From: Paragordius varius
Lineage: Eukaryota > Animalia > Nematomorpha
Assembly (NCBI GenBank): GCA_964247055.1
Contig: OZ176052.1
Coordinates: forward strand, 5,394,001-5,458,000
DNA length: 64,000 bases
Reading direction: 5' to 3'
Shown here: positions 1 to 12,800 of the stretch, piece by piece
Layout of the letters: each line of letters opens with the position of its first letter
Numbering within the stretch: the first letter of the stretch is position 1
Program-made: the position numbers and the translations under genes
Notes under the pieces: model-generated
The model's database searches: none
What the model was told of the DNA's origin: nothing
What the model saw: only the letters and a program-made list of their open reading frames with translations

Positions 1-417
1 ATTTTAGGTAGTTTATTAGATTTTAATTATTATAATAACATTTTTTATTTTTTGAGGATGTTCGATATTTTGGTTGATTTTTTTGTACAATTTTGTGAAT
101 ATAATATTTTTACTCTTTTTATTTTTGTGAATAAAATGGGTATAAAACTGATTATTCACTTTAGGCTGCTTTTTAAAAATTTATGATGTCATATTTGAAC
201 CATATCCAAAAAAGCCTTTGCTTTTTAGGCCGATCAATGGTTAATATATATTTTTTAGAATAACTTTACGAGATAAGGTTCATTACATTTCTAAGGGTTT
301 TTTTAAACCTAACTTTTATTTTTTCCGCATATAGTTTTCATAAAATTTGGTTTTTTACACTTTCTAATTTAAATTTTTTTACGTGAAAATAAGGTTTATT
401 ACATTTGGCAACGTAAA

Positions 418-729
418 ATGGATGACATAACGAGTCAAGTGGCTCCTGGAACCACTCATATGAGCAAGGAAGAGGAGGATAAATACCAACAGTTAGTCGA
501 TGAAAATGACGAAATTTTGGCCCAAATCGCGCAAGTTTAAAAATTGGCCAAAATAGTTTAAGTTTTTAAAAAAAAAGTTATTGGTTTTATATATTAAAAA
601 AGGTATATAAGAGTTGATGATTAATTTTATTTTAAAGGGACCATTGGCATCTTGTGGGCAAAACGCAAGAACTAAACACGAATATTTTTAAAACTTTATT
701 ATTTTATATTATTGTAATAATTATAATTG
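418..729 (+). CDS. Possible small spliced gene (MDDITSQVAPGTTHMSKEEEDKYQQLVDENDEILAQIAQ...), faint SS18/SSXT-like spacing
   Basis: GC-enriched 39-codon frame from ATG 418 ends at a GT (535) just before an in-frame TAA. AG sites follow at 556 and 562. A second GC-enriched block at 638-700 reads DHWHLVGKTQELNTNIFKTLL. The exon structure is not unique. Confidence 0.25.
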
Positions 730-944
730 TGCGGACAAATTGATAAAACTTTATAAAAAAATTGTAATACAACCATACTTTACCATATAAACTCTTGACA
801 ACTATAAATTATTTTATGAGTGTTTTATTTTGCCATCCAAAATAATGAGTTAAATTAAACAATTTAAAGAGTATGATTGTCTTATTGTCCTTTAGTATGA
901 CGAAGGTTTTGTAAAATAAGATTCGTATAAACGTCAAGGTAGAA

Positions 945-990
945 AAAATATCAAATTTTCGCATAAAGACATCATCAGGAGTTGTATAAT
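945..990 (-). ncRNA. Degenerate minimal hammerhead-like motif in the left Penelope arm
   Basis: Minus strand reads AACTC-CTGATGA-TGTCTTTATGC-GAAA-ATTT-GATAT. The core boxes are intact but the stems are partly decayed. Confidence 0.35.
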
Positions 991-2350
991 AATTAGCAAA
1001 AAAAATTAAATTGATGTGACTAATCAATAATTTTAAAATTGACATATTGGACAAAGAAAAGTATTACAAAAAAACCGTTATAGTATGGCGCATGTAGCAA
1101 AATTTTTTTATAACGCACATATGTTTTATATTCACCCAAATAATAAAGAATAAAACATAAAAAAGCAATATCAATACTATAAAAAGGTTAAGAAATAAAC
1201 TATAATTTTTAATAAAAAAATTAGTCTCTTGGTGTATATCCCGCTTCTCTTCGCGCCTACTTAGTATGCATTTTTGTGAGCACTCTATGAATACATAATC
1301 TTTGGTTAGTTTGGATTTGAGCTTCTTTTCGACTGCTAGGATAACTAACGATTCAGAACTATGGTTTTCATCCAAACAATGTAAGAACGGGGCTGAATTT
1401 TTGCTTCTTACATGGTCTTTGAACCTCACCTTTATGTTTCTTTTCGACTGTCCTATGTACTTAGCATGACAGTTATTGGAATAAAACTGTATATTGTATT
1501 TTCAGATATCGCGAGTTTCAACATTGTGAGAACGTTTTGTAGTAAACTTTTAAAAAAAGTTTTCTTTTTAGAATTTTGCTAAGGTTGACAAGTGAAGTCG
1601 TACAGTATTTTCACCAGGGATATCACCAAGTGTCTTTAAAAATAATAATACATCAGTGTAGATCGGTTACGCTAATGGTGCCTGCAACACTACCAGACAT
1701 ATGTTATACAAATGAATCATAATCGTATCCTGGTATAATCCAGACTAGTCGTAAAAATGTATGCCTACCCTACAGCGGAATTTCTACCGACCTTGGCAAA
1801 ATTCAAAAAAGAATAAATAATTTAAAAGTTACTTTAAACCTAGAGCAAACGTTATCAATGTTGAGAACTCGCGATATTGCAATAATTGTCAAGCTAAGTA
1901 CCTTACATTTAAAAAGAGAGGTAAAGGTGAGGTAATATTCAGCCATATTTTTACATTGTTTGGATGACTAGATCGTTAGATATCCTAGCAATCGATAAGA
2001 ATTTTAAATCCAGACTAACCAAAGAATTTTTATTCATCAGTGCTCAAAAAAATTCTTACTAAATAGGCGCGAAAGAAGCGGGCATCACCCTTAGATTAAA
2101 TTTTTATCAAACCATAGTTTCCAAACTTCTATATAGTATTGATATTACTTTAATTTTTGTTTTATATTTTTATTATTTAGGTCCTATACATAAACATATA
2201 AGTTTATAAATTTTAGGCCACATATGCCATACTAGAACGGTTTCTATACTTTTCTTTGTCCATTATGTTAACTTTGAAATTGTTGATTAGCCACACATTT
2301 AATTTAAATTGAATTTAAATTTATTTTTACATTTTTGAACTTTATACTTC

Positions 2351-2390
2351 AAATATTTCCTGATGATGTCTTTGTGGGAAAATTTGAGTT
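2351..2390 (+). ncRNA. Degenerate minimal hammerhead-like motif in the right Penelope arm
   Basis: Reads ATTTC-CTGATGA-TGTCTTTGTGG-GAAA-ATTT-GAGTT, the paralogous position to the 945-990 motif. Confidence 0.35.
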
Positions 2391-4182
2391 TTTAATAGAT
2401 ATATAGTTATTTTCTACTTATTTACGACATGTATACGAATCATACTGTCCCTATTATTCACATTTTGTCTATCGAATTTCAATTTTTACTGTACAACTTA
2501 TTTTGGGTTAAATGGAATTAGAGACTTGATTTGTCAGCACATTTAATTGAAAGGTTTGTATCACAAAAAGGTTTAAAGTGTTTGATACCTTTCTAAAAAA
2601 TATTTTTATTTAGTTTTTACGTTTTGTCAATCCTATTTTTTATGTATTTAGAGTTAATGCAAATTTTTTGATGAATTATTAATTTTTCAGGGGCTCACAC
2701 ACATTTGAACCTTTTACTATTATCCATAATTAATCCTTTTATAACCAGTATCATGCGTTTGAAAACCAAAATAATTATAATTTTTAACATAAAATATTCA
2801 TCATGTTTTAGAAAGAGAAAAAGATTCAAGAATTGATGATGATGCTTAAGAGAAAGCAGGCTTTGGGTGAAATACCACTTTCCAAATAAAAATTGACTTC
2901 AAAATTTGCTTAAATATTTTTTAGTGTGCAATATTTAGCTTATTTTATTTATCCTTATTTTTATAATCGATAAGTATTATTATTATCATAGTCACAATGC
3001 ATATATATTATTCAGTGCAATGCAAACCAATGCTAAATTTAGTCAAATTATTTATATATATATATATATATATTTATTGAAGAAAATCCAGATTTTTAAA
3101 CTTCTTTTATACATAGGATTACACAAATAAATGTTTGCTTTTGTAAAATATATAGCATTTAATTAATTTCCTCTTTTCAAAGGTCCATTTTTTGTAAATA
3201 TTATCGTAATACTAAGCGCTAGAAATTAGATTATCGATTGAAACTCAATCTTAATTAAAATATGTTGTTGTTTTGGATAACTATATAAATAAATATTACT
3301 ATACTAAACGACAGTCTTTATTCTTTTTATACTGAACAAATCATTTTCGTTTTTGAAAATTATCAAATAGATTACAATCGATATAATCATTTGAAAGAGT
3401 ATTCGACATTAAATTTTTTTAGCCAATTATATGCAAAATATATTTTAAAATTTAAAAATACTTAATAAAAACCTAAAAAGGTAAATTCGAATACGCTTAG
3501 ATAAGTTTTATTAATAGAGAGCAGGCGTAACAAGATACTGCTTGGCAGATGAATACTTTTTCTGAATTTTTTCAAAGGGAGAAAATATTAAATGCATGTT
3601 AATTTTTAGGAGCCATTATATTACCAATGAAACTTGTTTTAATATATTGACAAAATAAATGTTTAAAATCTGTTTTATTCATAAATATTTGAACCATGGT
3701 GATATCCTAGATTAGGGGAGGACAACACACGGCCGCAAAATTGAAAATCACCATTTGCAAAAGCTCACAAAAACTTAGAACATAGATATTCTTGTTATAT
3801 TTTTCTAAATTTGTCTATTCAATTGGCAAACACTAAAACATTATTATATTCTGTTTGCATTTTAGAGTCTTATGTTTGAAATCTAATAATTTATTTATGA
3901 ATGCCCTCCCTATTTACAGTATGATTAAGTATACATTGCTAGCAGGTTATTTATTATTGTCAAATAGTAAATACAACAAAGGCAGGTTTATTTGGCTTAT
4001 AGTTATTTTTTTATTTTTACTATTTAGTCAATTATACTGCCTTTTGTTTTCTTTACTAATAACTTTCTAGCAATGTATACTTACTCATACTAGACAAATG
4101 CGATCCGTCGGTTTTTTTAGTTAAAAATGCCCGCGAAACAATTTGTGTTTGACCATGTCCCAAGATTATATGTCTGATGTTA

Positions 4183-5579
4183 CAGTAATTGTTAAAATTT
4201 AATATCAAGAATATTTTTTTTAATCTGTGTGGCATTTTTTTATCCTTTTAAAAGTTGTACAAGTATACAGTAGCGTATGCAGTAAAAGATTGTTAGTGCA
4301 AAATAATCTTAATGAACACAAAACAGGGGGATATTATGGATATGTTTATAAATAGGACTGAATGATAATTAATATATGAAAATTGTCCCCCTGTTTTGTG
4401 TTCATTAAGATTATTTTGCACTAACAATCTTTTACTGCATACGCTACTGTATATTTAAATGTACATACATGTCCCTTTTAACACATATATGAGAGATATA
4501 TTAGCATTATGTCCCCCTTCTCGCTACATATCTTATTAGAGAAATGGTAACATTGCATATGTGTTGTGCCTACTTCGATAAATAATTAGTGATATATCAT
4601 TTTTTTTATAAAATTAGGTATTAATCAGCATGTTATGTGTTGTGCATACTTTGATAATTAATTTATAAGTTTGATATATATTTTTTTATAAAATATTAAG
4701 TTTTTATCAATTTATTAAAAAGATATTTAGAATTAATGTATAGCTTTTTTGAAGTAGATAGTATAGATGAAAGTTTGCCATCAACATCAGATTCAAACTA
4801 TGGATAACCCAGACTCCAGAGATCAAAAAAAATTTTTTAATCGTCATTTTAGGTCAGTATTGGTGTAAAAGAAAGATAGAAAAAGCCATCCATTTTTTTC
4901 CATTACACAATGAAAAACCAAGTCGATGGATGGTTTTGTGATTTCTTAGATATGTCAGAATCAAGCATAAATAAATTGCGACAAAAGTTTATGCGAGGAG
5001 AGTCAATGATCCTCACTAAACAGGGCCGAAACAGGAAATAGGATCCACTAGAAACAGAAAATAATTTTAAATAAATAAATGATATTATTTTACCATTTTT
5101 CGTGACATTTCCCAGTTTAACTAATTTTAGGTGAAATATAATGTTTTCTAGCAAGCAAAATCAAAATATTTAAATATGTATAATACCAGTTTTATTGATA
5201 AGCGATCTATGCTAATTCCAAATATATTTTTTTATAGTTTTATATGATATCAGTTATAATTTTCTGAAATATCTTTATAAATTGATAAAAACTTAATTAT
5301 TTCTAAAAAAAATATATATCAAACCTAAAAAATTAATAATCGAAGTAGGCACAACACATCTGTAATGTTACCACTTCTCTAATAAGATATGTAGCGAGAA
5401 GGGGGACATATTGAATGTTAATATATCTTTTATATATGTGTACCGAAAAGGGACATGAATGTACATTTAATAAATATGTAAATGTATATTTTATATACTT
5501 GTATAACAACTTTTAAAAGGATAAAAAATGCCACATAGATAAAAAAAATATTCTTGATATTAATTTTTAACAATTACTG
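4183..5579. mobile_element. Long-TIR foldback DNA transposon remnant (Tc1/mariner-like ends)
   Basis: Ends are TA|CAGTAATTGTTAAAA ... TTTTTAACAATTACTG|TA. 4183-4750 (minus the nested MITE) is inverted relative to 5220-5579. The spacer holds a short HTH-like frame, FLDMSESSINKLRQKFMRGESMILTKQGRNRK. Confidence 0.8.
4268..4449. mobile_element. 182-bp MITE with perfect 64-bp TIRs and TA target duplication, nested in the left TIR of the 4183-5579 element
   Basis: 4268-4331 is the exact reverse complement of 4386-4449, with TA on both sides. It is absent from the partner TIR near 5480. Confidence 0.92.
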
Positions 5580-5603
5580 TAATTATGTTATTGTTACATT
5601 ACT

Positions 5604-5685
5604 ATGAAGTTTAATGGCTGATTACTTCACACTATAGTAAAGCAATTTGCAACACATTAGTGTATGGAAAACAACTAAAATGCAT
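5604..5685. mobile_element. Internally deleted copy of MITE family M1 (ATGCATTTTAATGGTTGC... TIR)
   Basis: Shares TTCACACTATAGT and GCAACACA..AGTGTATGGAAAA with the copies at 28068 and 55124. Confidence 0.6.
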
Positions 5686-6829
5686 ACTGTAATTAAATGG
5701 CTTCAAACATTTTGGCTAAATTCAAATAAAAATATTATGAATAAAATAATTTATTCTATTGTTAGAGTAAGAAAAACATGCTATCCCCTAAAAATATGGG
5801 AAAATCAATCATATAATAATTATAAGAATATTATGTTTGAGGTATAAAAATTTAGATAGCATAGTTAAAAAATTCAGGATACATCTAATATAAAGATAAG
5901 TCATTACATAAATATAATAAATTTGTCATGATAACCTTTTTATAATGTTGTGAATCCTAATGGGTAAAAAATCAAGTTTATAAAGATATAAAATTGAGAA
6001 GGTCATTTTAAACACAGTTTGCATGATACAATAAAATTAAAAATAGTAAAAAATTAATAAAACCGTGTTTTCTTCAGCTTAAAATTTATATATATATATA
6101 TAAATCAATCACATCTAGAGAGCTGATATTTTTAATTGAGAAAGATATATAAAATATATATGTATCTAAAAATAGGCTGTAAATATAGAAGAATACTTTA
6201 ACATTCAAAAATATGGACAGAATTTGGATTCCTATTTAAGTATAAAAAGTACAATGATAAAAATATTATGCATAGTTAGTTCTCTGTTTTGTTGGATAAA
6301 AATATATCATAATACCGATAGATGTATGGTGGGAAAAACTATTGTTTTTGGTTATATGGTCTCATAATTTGCAAAAAATTAGATAATAAACTTTTTTTAT
6401 AGACAAAATTATAAATGATGAGTAACAAACATGGTTTGTTGGAATGTTATGAATATATATATGTAATCTCAGAAACTCTTGTTCATTAGACGCATAAAAT
6501 GCTAAAAAATGCAATATATCCATTTTCAATAATATTTTGTCACATATATCTCTGATTGATTATAAGATAAAAATATAACATTTAATAAAAACTTAATAAA
6601 TTGCTTGAGTATTGAAAGATATTAATTTGTATCATGTAAATGAATATCATTTGGTATTACAATTATATATAAATATAAATTTATTTTAAATGTAGTGCAT
6701 TTGAAATAAAGCTCCTCCATACTCTATACAGCCTAAAAAATCAATATGCATCCCGCACAAGGCGATTAATGAAAATTACGCATTTACGAATTTAGTTCAT
6801 AGTAGGCAGAAAAATCACTGAGTGTTCGC

Positions 6830-9800
6830 CTAATCTAAAAATTTGATTGGATTCAATAGATGATAAGTAGTGGCATTACTAGCGATATTACTTAAATTAA
6901 TCATATTATTTGATCCGTTTTCTTGAATACCGATCAGCTGTTGCCCTTCAGGATTTAGAGGCCCAATATTACGGTACATAAGGTTCATAGGGTTTTCATG
7001 GTGTTGTGTCCTGCTGTTAGATTCAATAATTTCCCCCATATTACTTCTTCTATTGGAATCAGTATTAGCACCGACACCCCCACCACCACCAAGGAAAAAG
7101 GATGAAATTTGATTCTGGTGTTGCTGAAGAACCCCGTTATTTCCCAAATTTTGAAACATGGGAATACAATTATTGTTGTTGTTGACATTCATGGAGGAAG
7201 TATTCTCCAAAGATAGTATTTTACCACCATTGTTCATGATTAAATTGTTGTAAGAAAAATTTGATTCACGTGATGATGGTTCATCTTGATGCATTCTATG
7301 CAGAGTTGGTATCATTGATGAAGAATCAATGTTATTATTCATATTAAGATTATTTAAATTATGATTGTTATGTAAAAAAGATTGGTGATTATTTCCCCCC
7401 ATCATATTAGTAAGTGAATTAAAATGTGTCAAATCCTGAAGGGATGCTATATTTTTAAGGTAGGAGGTTATGTTAATATCCGATAGGATGGTTGAATTAT
7501 TCCCTAAACCAAAAATCTTTGATGATACATTATTAGTGTTAAAATTATTATTATTGATTTGATAAGAATTTGACTGTTGCTGAAGCAACAATTTATTGGC
7601 TATCGATTGAGCTTGTACCAAGAGTGCAGCATGGTTAGGTTGATCTGACGAGGTGCCATCGGCCTTGCCTTTGCATAAAAATAAAATTAACTTATTACAT
7701 ATTTAAATAATTATATAAGATTGAAATCCAATTCCCTTGGAACGAATCCCAATTCGCAAAAACTATCAAATCATAATCCGCTTTCAAAGAAAAGTAGCCG
7801 GCAAAAAATGACAAAAAGATCACTATTTTAAACCCGTTATCAACTAGTATTGGTTGGCATGACAATGCAAGATTTTTGTACATAAGCTTATATAAAAATA
7901 TGATCATATCAGGGAAAATCAAATGATTATAGATTAGCTTTAAACAAGTGGTTTAGGCTATGTGAGGATGTTTATCACTAATATAATGATGTGCAATGGA
8001 TTTATTTTATAGTACATCTAACAAATTATATTTCCCGAATATAAACTTTTTCATTCTAAACTGATGTTTTTAAATAATAAATTTCCTAATATACTTGATG
8101 TTACTCGTGTATATTTCTAATTAATATAAATGTCCATGAAGATAAGCGCAGACTAGTAAGACAACACATATAAAAGGGAAAACCACCAAAAAAATCATTT
8201 TATAAAAAGAAAAAAAAGTCAACTCACAAAAAGTGCACATACTGTAATAAGGATATTTTTTGAAAAAATCGTCTGCTGGATGAGCTTATAGTTTTAAACC
8301 AATATAAATAAAACTTTAATTATATATGAAAAAAGAATCACACCTATTTTAAAAATTTATATTACCATTATTCGTTGCTCCGGTATGGTCATTAATGTCA
8401 CCACCGTTTCCAGTACTGTTATTAAGGATAATGGATGCAGCTATCCTTTGTACATCAAACAGGGGGGACAATAATTTTTCTTCAGCATTTTCGTGTTCTA
8501 GTTCCCCCAATTTTTCAGCCGATTGCAATTGATTATTGGGAGGACTTGAGTTAGAACCATCAAGTGTGGCCCTAAGTATGCTTGAAATATCATTTATACT
8601 ATTGACTGAAGAGGAATCAAACGGGTTTCCGCTGTTAGTGTTAAACAAGAAATCCATTGAAAGTATGGGTGGAACCGAGATATTATTGTTATTATTGTTT
8701 CCATTGTGATGATTATTATGCATTGCATGAAGGCTGGAAAAGGGAGTTAAACCCGTAACAGTACCGTTATTCATAACGCTATCGCTATTATCACCATTGC
8801 TACCTCCTCCTGTACTCATGAAACTCATATTGTGTTTATGATTAAGGGGTGAAACTAGGTGATTATTATTATTATTATTGATAGACAATCCTAAATGCTG
8901 ATTTGTAATATTATTATTGTTGTTTATAAAATCAATCATACTCTGTTGCTGGTGCAAGGATTGAGCAATCAAAACATCCGCACCATTCAATAATTGTCGC
9001 CTAAAATGGTTATCTTGGTTTGGTTCCATCATATTTGGTAACTGCTGACGACCGCCATGAAGAAAGTGTTGAAGATTTGCTGCATTTATATTATTGTTGT
9101 TATTATTACAATTATTAATTTGATTTAATATGTTAGAGGTTTCATTCATGCTGTTTGTATTGGGATTTTGATGATTACCATTAACAAAAAGAGATGGAAG
9201 CATAAAATTAGCAGAGAATTGGTTTAAATCAGAATTATTTGATGAATGCGCTCCTTGGTGTTGAAGATTTTGTCCAAAATCTTGGTGAGCAAAATTTAAG
9301 TCTCTCTGATTAAGTTGTGTCATGTCCATAAAACCATTAGGAATTTGACCTCTTTGTATTTGTAAAAGTTGTTGGTTTAATAGAGTATTATTATCATTAT
9401 TTGTGGTGTTATTCATGGAAGTTAAAATTGTGCTTGGTAATTGTGTTTCTTTGATAATACTGTTAGAATTATGCATATTGCTTTGGTTAGCTAATAATTG
9501 GTGGTCAGATTGGTTTTTAGAAACATAACCATTATTTTTTGATACATGTGATTTTATTGGTGTCGATGAATCTTTTGGATTCATCGGAAACTCTACTGGT
9601 TGAATGTGATTTTTATTGATGGAATTCTTTGTTTGTTGGGGCGTCTTTTGTCCCACTCCAGTGTTAGTAGAAGGAGATGGGGTGATGTGTTTTGGTAAAT
9701 TTTGGTAATTGGAAACAGAAGAAGCGTCCATAATAACAAGTGGTTTGATCCGGTAATTGCCATCATCATATAGTTGATACCTATAAGTCAATAATAGTTT

Positions 9801-12800
9801 TATTTAAATATCAAAAAATATAAAAGTTTTAATGAGGTCTATAAATTAATTGAAATAAAAAAAATGTTGTAATTAACAAAAATGAAAAAAAAAATTCAAA
9901 AATGTGGGTACATTTGTAAGTAGAAGTGAATGAACTTGAATAATTAAGCCTATTTAAAATTAGTAATATTTAAAATTTTCATACGAACTTGTTTTACCCT
10001 TATATCATGAAATTATTTTTTTATTAACATTTATGTTTATTTTTATGATCACAATTTTTGTCCAAAAATGATATAAATTTGTAAATTAATTTACACTTTT
10101 TAACTATATTTTTAATATATTTGTAAGTAGGTAGAAATATTGACCTGAATCGCTGATTTTGATACAAAAATTTATGAACTTTTTGCAAATGAAAGCTAAG
10201 TTTATCAGATCTTGAGTATTTTTTGTCACACATGTGGCATAAGTATCGGAGATTAGTTCTATTGTACTTCTAAAATATTTTATATAATTCATTTTAGATG
10301 AAATTAAATATAAATTGTTTCATATATATATATATATACCTTCCCAGCATTAGCACCACGTTTTTTGACAATTATGGATTCATTGGAAGCGCCAGCATTA
10401 CAATTTTCCACCAAGTTATCTTTTGGTTGTTTTTGATTTATTTTTTTGGTTTTACCATTTTTACTGACACTATTATCTGTGCTAGATGGGATCCTTACAT
10501 TCGTATTGACATTAGATGATGGAATATTATTGCCATTTTGATTGGGATTAACGGGAAGAGATGTAAACATTTCTTCTTTCTTTGATTCATTTATGTTAAA
10601 ACTTTTAGGCGTAAAATTATCAATTTGTTGATTGTGGTTAAAATTTAAGTTATTATATTGATTAATATTGGTTATGTTTGCATTGTGAGGCATTTGTAAG
10701 GGTGATGTTAGTTGAAAAGTATAATTGTTCATATTTTGATGATGGTTGTTATTGTAAAATCCATCCAGGTTATGATATATTTGTGATTGAATATGTCCGG
10801 CTGCATTTGGGTTTGAAGATGGAAGATAAGAGGCCGAACAAAAGTCACCATAATTAGAACCATTTATCATATAGTTTTGAGATGGTACATAATTTATGTT
10901 GTTACTATTTACGGTTCCTGAGACTGTTTTTTGGTGATGTGAAGGATATACAACTTTATCAATACCGGCTAAATTAATAGCATCTTTGATCAAAGTGTTA
11001 AGGGGTCCTTTATAGTTTGCTATATCTTTGGTGGTATTATTGCTATTTAAGTTGAGTGTACTTGTGGTCGCGATAGCATTGTGTGCATCAGAAACTTTAT
11101 GAGCCGATTTTGGGACACGTTTAAAGGTATATAGTTCAAGAAAATTTGGTAAGTGAACTTTGGATAATACCGTTTCTATCGATTCTACAATGTGTGCATT
11201 CATAATTGCTATTTGTTCAGGTGAAAGTTTTGAGGCTTTACCACTATTTTCAATTTCCAACAGATTTACACATTTTAAAAGACTTGATTCAGTGTGATCG
11301 CCATTTTTGTTTTCATTGGCTAAAAGGGTATCGGTATCATCAATATGATGATCAAGTTTGACATTATATATATCGGATTCATAATTGGAGGCAGGAGTAT
11401 TTGAATGCGTTATAGAATGGGGACTTTTGTCCTCTCCTAAGCACGTGTTTGCACCATTTTCTGGAGATGTGGAAGAAATTCCAATTTGTGATTCAAAATG
11501 GTCGTTGCCGATTTCGGAATTAATGGTAGAGACAGCATGGGAAGTTATTAGCCTTTCAAAATTCATATCGGTGCTTTGTGGACAAATGGTGGTAGTTTGT
11601 AACACAGATCGCAATATGGGAGAATTGTTATTGTTGCAATCATTGGTAATACTGTGATAAGTTAGGGGACATATTTTAATATTGTTGGCATTATATGATG
11701 ATGTTGATGAATTAGTCATTAACATAGGAGTTGGGAAATTCGCAACTGATTGTGACTCTATAAGTTTTAGATCAAAAATTAAGTTGTTGTACAAAAATTA
11801 ATAATATATTATAATTTATATCTAATCGCATATTACTCAATGGATTTAATAACTTTAGCTATACATAATTTTGGCAATAAACTTAACAAAAACCGCAGAA
11901 AATCGAATATGTGTATTTACCATAATTTTGTGCCATTTTATCATTATTCTCGAGATGGTTCGAGTTTTCACTTGTAGTATCAACAGTATTCATTAAATTA
12001 TCCATGGTAGATTGATTTGTCATCATTGTATTTTGGGGTAGAGATACAGTTACAAAAGCTAAATTTTCGTTTATTTTATTTTTGTCACCATTAATGTCAT
12101 GAGACATGGGAGTTATGAAAGGAAAAGTGTGAGCTAATCTTACATGACGAGCCAATACTTGTTCTGAATGACATTCATAATCGCAGGGTTTAACCCGTTG
12201 GGAAGTAATAGCAGTGGAAAGATTGGAATCTTTTTTGTTAGATGGTCCTATTTCACCGTTAATGTCAACATGAGGACTACTTGATGTATGCGTTTCACCT
12301 ATGCACGAGCAAATTTTATATAACATTGAACTTAGCATTCAAAATGTATGGACACAATACATGCAAAATACACTGAATTTACAGCATTCTAACGTCGATA
12401 TACCAAACTTACCTCCAATTATTGGGCCACCCCCAATCATTACTGCAGAAGATGTGAGCTTAGCCATGCAAAATGTAAATTTAATAAAGCACCTGGTCCC
12501 ACGGAAATCAAAACTGAAATGTACAAAAATATTTACCTATTTCACAGAGCTATTTAACCTGATTATAATGGAGGAAAAAATCCCAAACGACTGAAACCAA
12601 AGTGTCGTAATTCCAATATATAAAAACAAAGGCGACATGCTTAACTACGCCTCCTACAGACCATTAAAATTACTTTAACATGCAACCAAATTATTCTAAA
12701 TTATAAAAAGGAATATACGTCATCTTTGCTCGATTGACGAAACCCAAATCGGTTTCGAACAGGGTATCCGCACCTCTGATGCCATATTTATTCTTAGAAG

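Larger units (their letters stand above)
740..2580. mobile_element. Degenerate Penelope-like retroelement present as two head-to-head inverted copies (~1.8 kb palindrome centred near 1670)
   Basis: 830-1600 is the diverged reverse complement of 1770-2510. The minus arm encodes IYSF/CHAKYIGQSKRNIKVRFKDH (GIY-YIG endonuclease). The plus arm encodes VCLPYSGISTDLGKIQKRINNLKVTLNLEQTLSMLRTRD, resembling the Penelope RT-EN linker, followed by CNNCQAKY. Confidence 0.8.

Noticed and set aside
809-1429. ORFs 809-1054 and 1064-1429 as host genes
   Set aside because: They are fragments of the Penelope endonuclease and 3' UTR inside the palindrome.
7695-7922. 75-aa minus-strand ORF in the last HINFP intron as an extra exon
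   Set aside because: The flanking exons already join in phase, there are no convincing splice sites, and the peptide is not recognisable.
8344-8365. 22-nt GT-AG interval after HINFP exon 9780-8366
   Set aside because: Splicing it leads to a stop after a short hydrophobic run, whereas the acceptor at 7669 gives a long in-phase exon.
6985-11657. Overlapping or antisense short ORFs (6985-7188, 10104-10292, 10298-10519, 11385-11657)
   Set aside because: Shadows of HINFP exons with no independent motif.
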